Assembly: GCF_003918875.1 (NCBI RefSeq)
Contig: NW_025767346.1
Location: forward strand, 2,728,001 to 2,792,000
Origin: Haliotis rubra
Taxonomy: Eukaryota
DNA: 64,000 nt
Reading direction: 5' to 3'
Under the pieces are notes generated by a model, which did not search any database, was not told where the DNA came from, and was given only the letters and a program-made list of their open reading frames with translations. This document shows, piece by piece, positions 25,321 to 37,056 of this stretch (the stretch's first letter is position 1; every line of letters starts with the position of its first letter). Position numbers and translations under genes: made by a program.

Positions 25321-26882
25321 TCTAATATGATCCAGATCAGGCAGAATGTGATGTTTAAGAGATTGTTGATTTGAAAAATGGTGATCGTGATAATCATCAA
25401 ATGAAATTGAAGTTTGGCAAGGGCAAAAGCAGAAACTCTTGCATGATGTTTCGTTTTGTATGCAAATCGACCCTTATTTTGTTGAACTAGTAGTGAAGAG
25501 ATATGTGCACCATGCTTGCTAATTATAATCCTTTCTATGTCTTGTTATGTCTTTGTGAAGAGAGTAACGGTATCGAAAGAAACCTAACCCAAAAAGGAAA
25601 TATGCCCTCCGATTTTCACATTCATCTCGAATAAATCAATTCCCACCTGCTATCGGCGTGTTTCATTGCTTAGACAGCTTGAAATCATGACAATGTGTAA
25701 TAATAGCAAAATCAATGTACCCTTTGTGCGAAAGGGCAATATTTTGATTTATTCATTAAATCTTTCTTCGAAGATACAATTCTCTCCTCGAATGCCATCA
25801 ATTATTGCTTTTTAGGGAGGAAAATGAAAGTGCTGACTCGGTTCATACGTTATCTTCTACATTCAAAAGGACTTGGATTAATAACATGGCAAGAAACTCA
25901 TACTTACGTACTATTTCCGGATGTTTCGACCATCTCAACTATAAGAGAAATGGCAAACACTTCAGGTGAGCATTGTTGAAGATAGGACATAAAGCTTTGT
26001 CTGTACAAGACAGATGATTGGTTAACAGCGTGAACATTTGCACATCGGATTTTGTAACCACACATGCTCGTTTAGTCAGCTCGGAAGATGTCCCGCTGTT
26101 AAACTATGATCTATTGGTGTGCTTATACAAGGACTCTACTAGCTCACCCATTTGTAGGATGCTCTCTAACAACGCCGGTCGGTCCCGAACATCTGCAGCA
26201 GAAACAAACCTGAGGCAATGCAACATTGTAGCACAACACAACTACTGTGAGCAAGAGTCAGTGAGTGAGTGAGTTTAGTTTATTCTACCCCGGATCTTCA
26301 CGGGTCTGTAAGCAAGAATAAGTGACTTAGCGTAACAAGTTTATCAGGATAATCAACAATATTTCAGCTGTATGACGCCGTATATCCACTCAGCAACATT
26401 AAATCCCGCTTTTGACACACTGAGCATCGGTCTTCGCAATCTGACCTCAATGAAATGCAATTGCAAGGCACAATTTAATGTCCATAACCTTGCGACTTCA
26501 TATCAAGTTCACAATGAAACGACAATCCCGACTTAACGACATCCTTTAATGTCAATAACCTTTAGGCCGTATTCAAGAGAGATATATGCGAAACTGCATT
26601 TGTAGTAAGGCATTGTGGAAGACTAATATATATTGCATATCAATAATCATTATCACCAAACTCACCAGTTTCACATTAAAAAAATTGAAAGCAAAACTAC
26701 TCTTAGCCATTCGAAATGAGTGCGTTTGTGTGTGTGTGTGTGTGGAGGGGGGGGTATATTCTTTAAATAACCCTTTGAAGTTATATACATTGTATTAGTA
26801 AAGGTGTAAACAGTAACAAATATAATGACGTAGTCTCCTTGACATGATCAGTGTGGATGTTTCTTTGAGTATCGACACTCAC

Positions 26883-26966
26883 CTCTTCGTCGTTATTATA
26901 GACTGATGCTCCATCTGTGACAGCGCTCACCACCAGCACCAGTAACACAACAACGGCGATCTTCAT
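26883..26966 (-). CDS. First coding exon of a small secreted protein/peptide
   Basis: MKIAVVVLLVLVVSAVTDG-ASVYNNDEE, a signal peptide. Acceptor upstream and GTGAGT donor; candidate next exon 25908-25938. Confidence 0.7.
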
Positions 26967-27048
26967 TCTGTCAACTGCAACAATGAAACTCGTAATGAAA
27001 TATGGTGTGCTTTTGACGGAGAAGACCCCAATGGGATCATCCTGTAAC

Positions 27049-27215
27049 AGGGCGGTGGGGTAGCCTGATGGTTAAAGCTTTCGCTCGTCTTGCAAGACCC
27101 GGATATGATTACCCGCATAAATACAATGTGTGAAGCTCATTTCTGGTGTTCCCCGCCGTGATATTGCTGGAATATTGCTAAAAGCGGCGTAAAACCAAAA
27201 CCACTCAATCACTCA
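27049..27215 (+). mobile_element. tRNA-derived SINE (family 2)
   Basis: A-box, family tail, (TCAC)n end. Confidence 0.82.
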
Positions 27216-27282
27216 TCCAGTAACCACGTTGCTGAAACCAACAAATATGTGCATGGTCCTGACAAAGTACAGATCATAACTA

Positions 27283-27541
27283 GTGAGCGAGTGAGTGAGT
27301 GAGTTTAGTTTTACGCTGCACCCAGCAATAACCCAGCTATATGGCGGCGGCGGTCTGTAAATAATCGAGTCTGAACCAGACAATCCAGTGATCAACAGCA
27401 TGAGCATGGATCTGTGCAATTTGGAACCGATTACATGTGTCAACCAAGTCAGCGAGCCTGACCACCGGATCCCGTTAGTCGCCTTTTACGACAAACATTG
27501 ATTACTGAAGATCAATATTCTAACCGGGATCTTCACGGGTC
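27283..27541 (-). mobile_element. SINE family 1
   Basis: Matches 21181-21454. Confidence 0.85.
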
Positions 27542-27571
27542 TGGATCATGAGTAAATAGTTTAAGCTTAAT

Positions 27572-27731
27572 GAGTGAGTTGCTATGGTTTTACGCAGAAC
27601 TGAGCAATACTCCAGCAATATCACGGCGGGGGACACCAGAACTTAGCTTCATACATTGTATTTATGCGGGTAATCATACCCGCGTCTTGCAAGACGAGCA
27701 ACAGTTTTAACCATGAGCTTCCCACCACCAC
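27572..27731 (-). mobile_element. tRNA-derived SINE (family 2), inverted relative to 27049-27215
   Basis: Reverse-complement match. Confidence 0.8.
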
Positions 27732-27814
27732 TTAAGCATAAGGAACGCAATACTGCAGAACTCTCAGCCACCAGTACCCTCTATAACAAACAGGTGCGGT
27801 GATGGAGATCTTAC

Positions 27815-27890
27815 CTTGTGACGCCCCGTATCTTTCTTGCACTATGAGGTATAGACAATCTGAGTAATGGGTTCACGCCAGTATTTATAA
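27815..27890 (-). promoter_or_regulatory. TATA box, Inr and non-coding exon 1 of the secreted-peptide gene
   Basis: TATAAA at 27889-27884, TCAGATT initiator ~28 nt downstream (~27861), AG|GTAAG donor at 27815. Confidence 0.62.
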
Positions 27891-28289
27891 GCTCCCTGTA
27901 ATTGGATTTACAGAGTTGTAATTGTCTTTACAGCGGATCTTCATGCCAGCTGTTAATGGACTGACTCACCCGTGGTTGTGTTATATTCAAGCGTGTAATT
28001 AAACTGGTATACAGTGAACCCCCGATTACCCGGCAGAAACTGTTCGGATTAACGAATCATTGGTATTCTCTATACTCTCAACAGAAATGTTCTCAAGTCC
28101 AAAGATATGCCTCATTGCAGCCACAAATTATAAAATTTAAAAATGTGTTAATTTCATAAGCAGAAATGTACTTAGTGAAACGACATGATTGTATAAAAGA
28201 AATGGAACATGAATCTATTTGCAAATGACACTTCCAAGATGATAGGATCTTATCTTATCATATCATCCCCTGATGTGTGGTAAACATAA

Positions 28290-29330
28290 TTGAATGAATT
28301 AATGAATTAAAGATTGAAGCAAATGAAAGAATAATTATCAATCTAGCAATCAATAAATCTTTCTTCTCTTTTTAACCACACATGGTGGTACAAGAGCATT
28401 AGATACATATTACACATAGATTTGATAGCATTGATGGAAGGTCCTTGCATAGTTTAGTTGCCGCGCAGCTTAAACACGGTTGTTGATAATAGATATAAAC
28501 TTTGATAATTTCTTAAGATTAGACAGTTTGTTGAATTTGAAGAATGATTTCATCTTATACAAATTAGCGAATGTACAATACTATGTTCCAAATAATGAGA
28601 TCTAATTTGAGTGAAGGCAGAACATCTAAATAGATAATGAAATTCACCAGCTGTGAATTACAAAGATGGCAGGGTCTATCATTTTGCGGGATGAGTTTCC
28701 AACGGCCAGTTTCAACTCGGAGATGATGATTATTTGTGCTAAATAACAGTAAAGGATAAGATATTTGTTTTGGTAATAAGAGGTATTTTTCAAGTGATGG
28801 GGAATCTTTCAGAAATCGATAATACAGTCCTTTGGAACTGCCTTTGATGTCACTGTGCCACCTTTGTAAATGCTGATCTTTAAGAGCATTTTCAACAGTA
28901 AGAGAAATATATTCAGTTGTACAGGTGAACGGGTTTTCATTACATAGCTGACCTGTCTAGATGTTATATACACCATACAGCACTTTCACCTCATGTGTTA
29001 AACAGCATGGCATTATTATATCCAGAATTGGGAGAAGAATGGCAGTATGTAATAAGGACTGGATCCAGAAGGAAAATATCAAAACAATGTACAAAATGTA
29101 ATACCTTTGCTAATGTTAACAATAACAATATCATCCTGAACTGTGGATATGCACTTTAATAGAGAGGAGTGGGAGAGAAAGAGATGAATTCTTTTTAGTT
29201 GTAATCGATAATCTTGATGCTGTATTGTAGGTCTAAATAGAGGTGATGGAAGAGCATGAGAAGCTAGCATTCTTTCTATATCTCAACCAAATTGATGAAG
29301 TAACATGATATCTTACTGTTAATAGTTTGT
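28290..29330 (-). mobile_element. LINE 3' fragment (a second family)
   Basis: Minus strand reads NNHHLRVETGRW...RPCHLC, typical of the LINE ORF2 C-terminus. A partial duplicate lies at ~105-470. Confidence 0.7.
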
Positions 29331-29366
29331 ATATACTGGGGAAAATGTCCCTACAATCTATATATG

Positions 29367-29410
<44 letters not shown>

Positions 29411-29483
29411 TGTTTTGAGTATTCTGTTACGTGATTATAAAATTACATGAGTATGATGTTTTAAGGATCTTGGGGCCTATCTG

Positions 29484-29631
29484 NNNNNNNNNNNNNNNNN
29501 NNNNNNNNNNNNNNNNNNNNNNNNNNNNNNNNNNNNNNNNNNNNNNNNNNNNNNNNNNNNNNNNNNNNNNNNNNNNNNNNNNNNNNNNNNNNNNNNNNNN
29601 NNNNNNNNNNNNNNNNNNNNNNNNNNNNNNN
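29484..29631. other. Assembly gap (148 N)
   Basis: N run; the paralogous site (~614-680) is a (ttcat)n-like tract. Confidence 0.99.
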
Positions 29632-29889
29632 CTTCATTTCATTCAATGCCTTCCTTGAGAGGTACTATCAGCTAGCGTTCCCAACGTGTTCGTACATGGC
29701 TTTGTCTATTTGCCAACATCTTTCTGTCGACAGGCGTGGCTACTGGTCATTATGCAATAAATGGTAAATCGGAAGGTTTAGTAACATTGTATTCGATAGC
29801 TTCATCATCGCTCTATTTACGTCTTGAACACCACATGTCACCAATGTAATAGGTGATATTTTGGGGTGAAACTGCAGAAATGTGCAATT

Positions 29890-30459
29890 ATCATCATCAT
29901 TCATCATCATTTATTCCGTATAGATGGCCAAATGAAGCCAGCAGTACAACATGTGAAAACTATGAGTGAACATACATACTGCGCCACAAGCAAAATTCAT
30001 TTGAATTTAACATATATCATTTACATTATTTCTTAGTTTAAACACCATTTCAATGAAAACACAAAGGTTAAATAGCTTAACATTGGTGAAAAGGTAGATC
30101 GGGTTATACATATTTGAGTGGTAATTATAATAGGCTGGAATGAATTTGATGCGCAAATCGTTTGAAGCTTGGCATACCAGAATAACATGATGTTCATCTT
30201 CTATCTGCGTTGTACAATAAGAACAGGATGTGCCTGATTTTTTATAATATCTATAGGAATTCATATTGAAACCATGCATATTACAACCCAGCTCTGTCAG
30301 GCATCTCCGTAGACCGGCATTATTGATAGATAAATATTTCTCAGGATAGTAGTCCTGTTTAATCATAGAATAACATTTAAGAGAGTTTGATATGGATAAT
30401 TCAATGCTCCACTCTTGGAAATATACATCTTTATATCGTTGCTGAAACAAAATATGCAA
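29890..30459 (-). mobile_element. LINE 3' fragment (duplicate of 930-1505)
   Basis: CSYC...EDEHHVILVC motif. Confidence 0.75.
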
Positions 30460-30647
30460 TTATGCGTAGTAGTAAATGGGGTTGAGTGATGTTCCAGGAG
30501 CATAACCAAAGAAATCAAGATCCCAAGGATAGTATTTTTACAGTCGTGAGCCACGTGACTTCGGACAGCACGTGAAAGGCTTTGTATGTCAGAGTTACCA
30601 CTCTCTTTCAGTTACGCTTGTGAGCTAGGATATATAAGATAATATAA

Positions 30648-31195
30648 GAGTGAGTGAGTTAAAATTTAAAGTCACATCGGCAGTATTTCAGCCATACCGT
30701 GTTTAAGAAAGTTGTAAAATTATAAATGAATAAAAACAAAGATAAATATTATACTTACCTGTCTGCAAAGGACAATAAAACAACTACATTATCAGAGAAA
30801 TGAATTTAAAACTAGTGATTAAATCTAAATTGTTTAACTATAAATGACAACACAACATAAAAACAGGCTATATATTGCCAACAACTGAAGGTAGATCACC
30901 ATACTAGGGACCATGGGGACTTACAGTACATTTGCTTCCTGCATGGACCCTAGCGGGATTTATACCACCCCTTCAGCCTTTAGCAATTTACATAAATCTA
31001 GTCATACATCAAAAATACACAGATTCTACCATTAAACAAGTGGGGACAGGGGGAACAATAATTTTACAATACTTTTACAATACTTTGAGGATACTGCCAC
31101 TAACAATCTCAGTAGATAATCCAATCATAAAATATTTATCTATTCACAAATAAATCATTTAACAAATCTATTTCTTTATAAAATGCTATGACTTA
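30648..31195 (-). mobile_element. (TCAC)n-tailed retroposon (same family as 7702-8011 and 1693-1893)
   Basis: Shared sequence gtcacatcggca.tatttcagccata and aactgaaggtagatcaccatactaggg. Confidence 0.7.
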
Positions 31196-31602
31196 ATGAG
31201 AGCTGATATTATTAAAGAGATACTTCATAGTTCATGATTTGAAATAGTTATCCCTTGTGATAGAATATCAGATAATATATGAAGAATTACGCTACACGTT
31301 CGAGATGTAATTTCAACCTTCAATAGGTATACATACACAGGCTGTTCCATAGCTGAGGAATGTAACTCTGTGGGCGGTGATGGGAAGGGTCAGGAAAGGG
31401 TCAGCAGGTGCGTTACCGGTATGGACATCTAAAAACGTAATTTCATTAACCGTGCCAATAATGCAGAATCTCTCTTATAGTTTGTGTATGACCACTGGTA
31501 TAATGAATATGCCACCCTGTAGCCACCCTGTAGCCACCCTTCTTTTTGACATATTACTTGATCTCAGTATTATTCAAATGCGTCATCTGCGTCATCGTTT
31601 GA

Positions 31603-33503
31603 GGAGCCAAGAAATTCAGACGTGCCAGTAATGTCTAAATAGTTGCATCTTCCATCAATTAATGTTTTGAAGCATCCATACGTACGTAACTAATATGTGA
31701 ATGATTTGTGATATTTTACTGTAACCAGCGCTTAAAAACAGACACGCTGCTTGTAAGGGTGAGGGCACACTGCTGGTAGGGGTGAGGACACGCTGCTGGT
31801 GGGGGTGAGGGCACGCTACTTGTAGGGGTGAGGGCACGCTGCTGGTATGGGTGAGGACACGCTGCTTGTAGGGGTGAGGCCACGCTGCTTGTAAGGGTGA
31901 GGACACGCTGCTTGTAGGGGTGAGGGCACGCTGCTGGTAGGGGTGAGTGCATGCTGCTTGTAGGGGTGAGGGCACGCTGCTGGTGGAGGTGAGGGCACGC
32001 TGCTGGTAGGGGTGAGGGCACGCTGCTTGTAGGGGTGAGGGCACGCTGCTTGTAGGGGTGAGGGCACGCTGCTGGTAGGGGTGAGTGCATGCTGCTTGTA
32101 GGGGTGAGGGCACGCTGCTGGTAGGGGTGAGTGCATGCTGCTTGTAGGGGTGAGGACACGCTGCTTGTAGGGGTGAGGACACGCTGCTTGTAGGGGTGAG
32201 GGCACGCTGCTTGTAGGGTAGAGGGCACGCTGCTTGTAGGGGTGAGGGCACGCTGCTTGTAGGGGTGAGGGCACGCTGCTTGTAGGGGTGAGGGCACGCC
32301 GCTTGTAGGGGTGAGGGGAAGCTGCTTGTAGGGGTGAGGACATGCTGCTGGTATGGGTGAGGGCACGCTGCTTGTAGGGGTGAGGGCACGCTACTGGTGG
32401 GGGTGAGGGCACGCTGCTTGTAGGGGTGAAGGCACGCTGCTGGTAGGGGTGAGGGCACGCTGCTTGTAGGGGTGAGGGCACTTCATTATAAGAATGGGCG
32501 GATGAATACAGGAACCATAAATCCACAAGAATATCACCATGCAACATTTGAAATGTCATAAATGAACAAGAACAATTCGTCCATCCTAGTAAATTGGTTA
32601 TGTACAATAACAAATAGGTCATAACCATATTTAACTGGTTGCATTCAATAAAATATATTGAATATCACAAATACACAAATATAGATTACTTAACGAGTGT
32701 CTGTCAGATACCATTTATCTTAAAACGAGTTGGTTCAAAACGTATTTTACGAGCGAAAGCGATTTAAAGACGTTTTGAAACAATTCAAGTTGTAAGATAA
32801 ATGGTATCTGACAGACTCTCGTTAAGTAATCTGTTTCTTAAACACCCTTAAATCGCACCATTTTATGGTCGAATACATTCATGTTTCATATTTTCTCATC
32901 GTAGCTGCGCAATAATACACAACACAGCGTTTATGAATGAGTGACGTCATTTGGCTTCCTAATCACTACTCATCCTCAAGGTGACCCTCCACGCCTTCGC
33001 GTCATCAAGGCAATAGTGGTGATGCAAACTAGATAAGATCACAGAAAATTAATTAAACACTCTCAAACAATGATGTTACAATGTAAATGTGGATGATTTT
33101 AATTCTTGCAAGCATAATTTTTTTGAGCGTGTGACGTCATCGTTATCGTTTGGTGGTTGTCGTCATCGGAAGATTGTTTTGGAGATCTCTGCACATTGGG
33201 GATCTGTACTTGTGTACCAGCTTACGTTCAATGTTCTCCCATCGGCCGGAGCTATATCTATTGAGTGTGTGTAATTAGGTGCACCCAGTGTGCTTGAATG
33301 CGACATTGCTGATGTATACGTTCACTATCAAAGTGGGAGTACTTGATATGTCTCAATTGACATCACAACCCCAAAATAGTTAGTTTGTTGGAGGAGAATT
33401 TCAACATGTACTTACGTGTAGCCATAACACAAATTCTCTCTCAACCATTACAGCATGGAGACACTTGCTAAAGTGATAGCACCTGTTGAAATCAACACAC
33501 AAG
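31603..33503 (+). pseudogene. Second decayed remnant of the receptor family (duplicate of 2204-3903)
   Basis: The same two exon homologues occur at ~31603-31638 and ~33454-33503 with dead splice donors. Confidence 0.55.
31743..32481. repeat. 23-bp G-rich minisatellite, ~32 copies
   Basis: Same unit as 2339-2777. Confidence 0.95.
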
Positions 33504-34728
33504 AACAGAGCTTGTCAAAGTAAATCATTGTAATACACTCTTCCGACTGATGAAGGTTAAATGGTGATTTAAGAGAGGAAAAGCTTGATGCTCTCTATGA
33601 CCCATGCTGGGTGTAAGCTATGACTTAAGAGGACTGAGTGGTTAGATGTGTCCCAGTGACAGGATCTGTTTTCTGTTTTTAAGTACGGATTAGTCCTCAG
33701 GTTAGATGTTTTACAGGCCGTTGTTGAAAGCTGAAAAAATGTCGCTGACTTTGACGGTTCCCGACCTAATACACACAGTTTTCTCAACGTTCTCGGAAGG
33801 TTGTTCATCGGATACAGCAGTGTCCCGTTTGTATGACGTTATTTTATAAAGTTACTTCCCAACATTACATACATACGTTGTTAGAACTTCGCGTATCGAC
33901 TGTGAAGACATTCAAGTTGGTCTCACCAAACCTGGGGGTATTACAGTGAATACCTGTGGAAACCTGTACAGACATTCATGCTGGTCTCACTAAAGCTGGG
34001 GGTATTACACTGAATACCTGTGAAGACATTCATGCTGGTCATCAACAATGTTGTCACGACTTCTCCGTTTCAGTGGGCAGTTTCCGCCATATGCAATCAT
34101 GACCTACTTCTCCTTTATGCTCTTGATCCAGTTTCATGTTGGTGTATCTGTTCAATCGGACTCTAACAATGAACTGTAATCGTATGTAGAATACGCCTCA
34201 CACATTTGCAGAGCGTGTGCATTCAACAAGGAAGTATAATGTGCAGGTGGGATTTCTAATGGCGGTTGAGTTCATCTGTACAGGTATGTGTGTGTATTTT
34301 CAACAATCCTTGAAATGATAGTTGTATCGACAATTTGGGAACGCTTCGTATTGGTGTCTATATTATCATTGGCATGAACACTGCACACATCTTTACCATC
34401 GCTCCACAGTTAGGCGATATACTTCTTGACACACTCAGACGTTCACCCTACTGACTGTGTTACCATGGCCGTTGGTATGTTTTACACAGACATTGTATTT
34501 GGTGTAACATGTAGATGTTATAGGTAATACAATCTTCTTTGAGTGGCATTCTAGCAGTTGAGACAACAAACATTACGGATAACACATTCTTTTATTTCGT
34601 GAGTGCGACGTTTCGATACAGATTCTTGTACTGTTGTCAAGCAGGAATGTGGGGTGTGACGTACGGTAATGCAGTCATCAAGGGTGTAAATTGAGCAGGT
34701 TACGATTCTAAATGGTGGGTAAGGTGAC

Positions 34729-34775
<47 letters not shown>

Positions 34776-35868
34776 AGTGTGTGTATATATATATATATAG
34801 TGTGTGAGTAATATATGCTTCCCAACACAGTTGTGACGAATGCATCTACAGTTCTAAACGACAGATGGTTACCTTTGTACATATATGTAATGGTAGATGA
34901 AATAACATGACAAGGTATCTGTACTCATATGAACAGTCAGGAACATACTAAGTAGTATGCATCCACCGATGCTGTCTACACTTGTGATGATCAGTGACTG
35001 GAAACTGTGTGATGAACTCTACCTTTGTTTTGTGTTGTCTTACACACCTGTAATCAATGCTGCCTGTTACCTGTACGCCAGTAGCTAATGTATACAGTTA
35101 TACAGTGTGTATCTATGTATAGACGTAACTGGCCTTGTCCACTGCTGGTTAATGCAGTTCTCCAATAGAATATTTGCTTAGTTTGTAAATGTCAGTTTAA
35201 TTTGGGATATCGTAACGGACGTAGCATGTACCTTTACACCATCAAGTGTACATGCAATTTCGTTTGTTCATGGTCACTAAGAATAATTCTCCAGATAAAT
35301 ATTTTGCTAAGCCTTGCAAATACTGTAAATTTAAGTGCAGATGGAATCCATCTGAATCAACTGCTTTTATTGAAAAGAGAATATGTTACAGTTATTCTTT
35401 TACCATACCTTCATTGTTTGTTTGTGTCAGTTCATACACCGTACCAACCTTCATACATGAACTTCAATTTCGATTTGTTAGTCATATGCTATATACTGTT
35501 ATCTCCAGTTCAATAAAATCACATAAAATATTTTATAAGTAATGAAAATGTTCTTTGTTTCGATATTGTTTGTCTGACGCCACTAGGGCGAAACTTGATG
35601 GACGCGTGTTTTATATTTCGTAAGCTAATGATCATGCAAGTAAATTATATACGAAACCAAAGATGTGTACATCAATGTATAACAACTGCTACACATTCTC
35701 CTATAATGCAACGTTTTGATAGTCAAGTTGTTTAAATATGTGGCAAATGTAAAGGTTAAGTTTGATCTCATCTGAAAATATAACCTTATAGTACCAGAGG
35801 GATTCCATAACTAACGACAAACACGAACATGTTTCAGGAACAGAAAGTCGCACCTGACAGAAAAAAGC

Positions 35869-36979
35869 ATGAACCCGTGGGATCCTTATTGTCTTCTGAC
35901 CTTTATGACCTTTTTGACTGGAAGTAAGTACATTTAACATGCTGCCAGACAAATAAGGTTTTCGGGGGGAGGAGGGGGAGGAGGTAGGAGAAATAAATTT
36001 AATTTTAAAGCTGTAATGCTATTGCTGTAAATGATGTTCACTTTGCAAACAAACACGCGTATGCGTGCAGTTCTTGTGATATATCTCATATATCACACAT
36101 AAATTCGCAACCAGTATTAAGCAGTACAGTGGATTAACTGACGGGGTAGGGATCAACTCAATGGTGTCTAAGAGGCAGTAGTAATACGTGTACCAAAGAA
36201 TTATTTTGCCTGTGTGAATATTTTTACTCCTGTTCATCTTCAAAGAAATTCGAATCTGCTTCTCGAATGCCACATGTTCCACTTAGGTGTTTCGAAACTG
36301 AAATACAGTACTTAGACGTCACTGACTTAGACGTTATGTGAAATCAGTCACTATATCCGTACATCTTCACAAAGTGTCACCTGTGAAGCACAGAATACAG
36401 AAACCATGAATATGTTGTACCTGTGACGGCGCAGTGATATGTTTCTATGATATATAGTATTGGGTGCAAATATTTATATGAATCAGTCAATCCTCATTTA
36501 TATTGAATTAATATGAATTCAAGTACATGTTTTTCAGCCACTGGGGCAAGCCTGACCGCATCCCCAAGCCAAATAACTATCGGGGGCAGTAACCCAACAT
36601 CTAAGTTGACGGTAAGTTGCAGTCCAAATGCACCTGGAATCACTACATTGTATAACATAGAGATTGGCAAGAAGTCTTCTACTGGCTCTGATCAGCCTAT
36701 AATACGAATCGGAAACACAGAAACGTTAGTACAAGTGGTGGACTCAAGTCTACAACAGAGGATGACAGCCTCGGGTTCTATCAGTGGAGCAACAGGCAGT
36801 ATACAGTTCATCCTGACAGAACTGAGATGCGCTGATGCTGCCTCTACATACTACTGCAGCACGTTATACTTGACAGGAGAAGCTGGAAATGACGGGGCAT
36901 CTACTAACATCACGGCAAGAAGTGTGTCAAGTTAATATTTACTCACACTGAATCCGAAACGTTTGGTTTCCTTGAGGGA

Positions 36980-37056
<77 letters not shown>

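Larger units (their letters stand above)
28176..33900 (+). repeat. Segmental duplication, copy 2 (partner 1-4340)
   Basis: As for copy 1. This copy retains ~700 bp more LINE sequence (28270-28975) and the longer repeat at 30856-31195, both missing from copy 1. Confidence 0.92.

Noticed and set aside
36513-36935. RAG-type V gene segments with recombination signal sequences
   Set aside because: Each V exon is complete through the G strand and ends in a normal splice donor. No heptamer-spacer-nonamer or J segments were seen.
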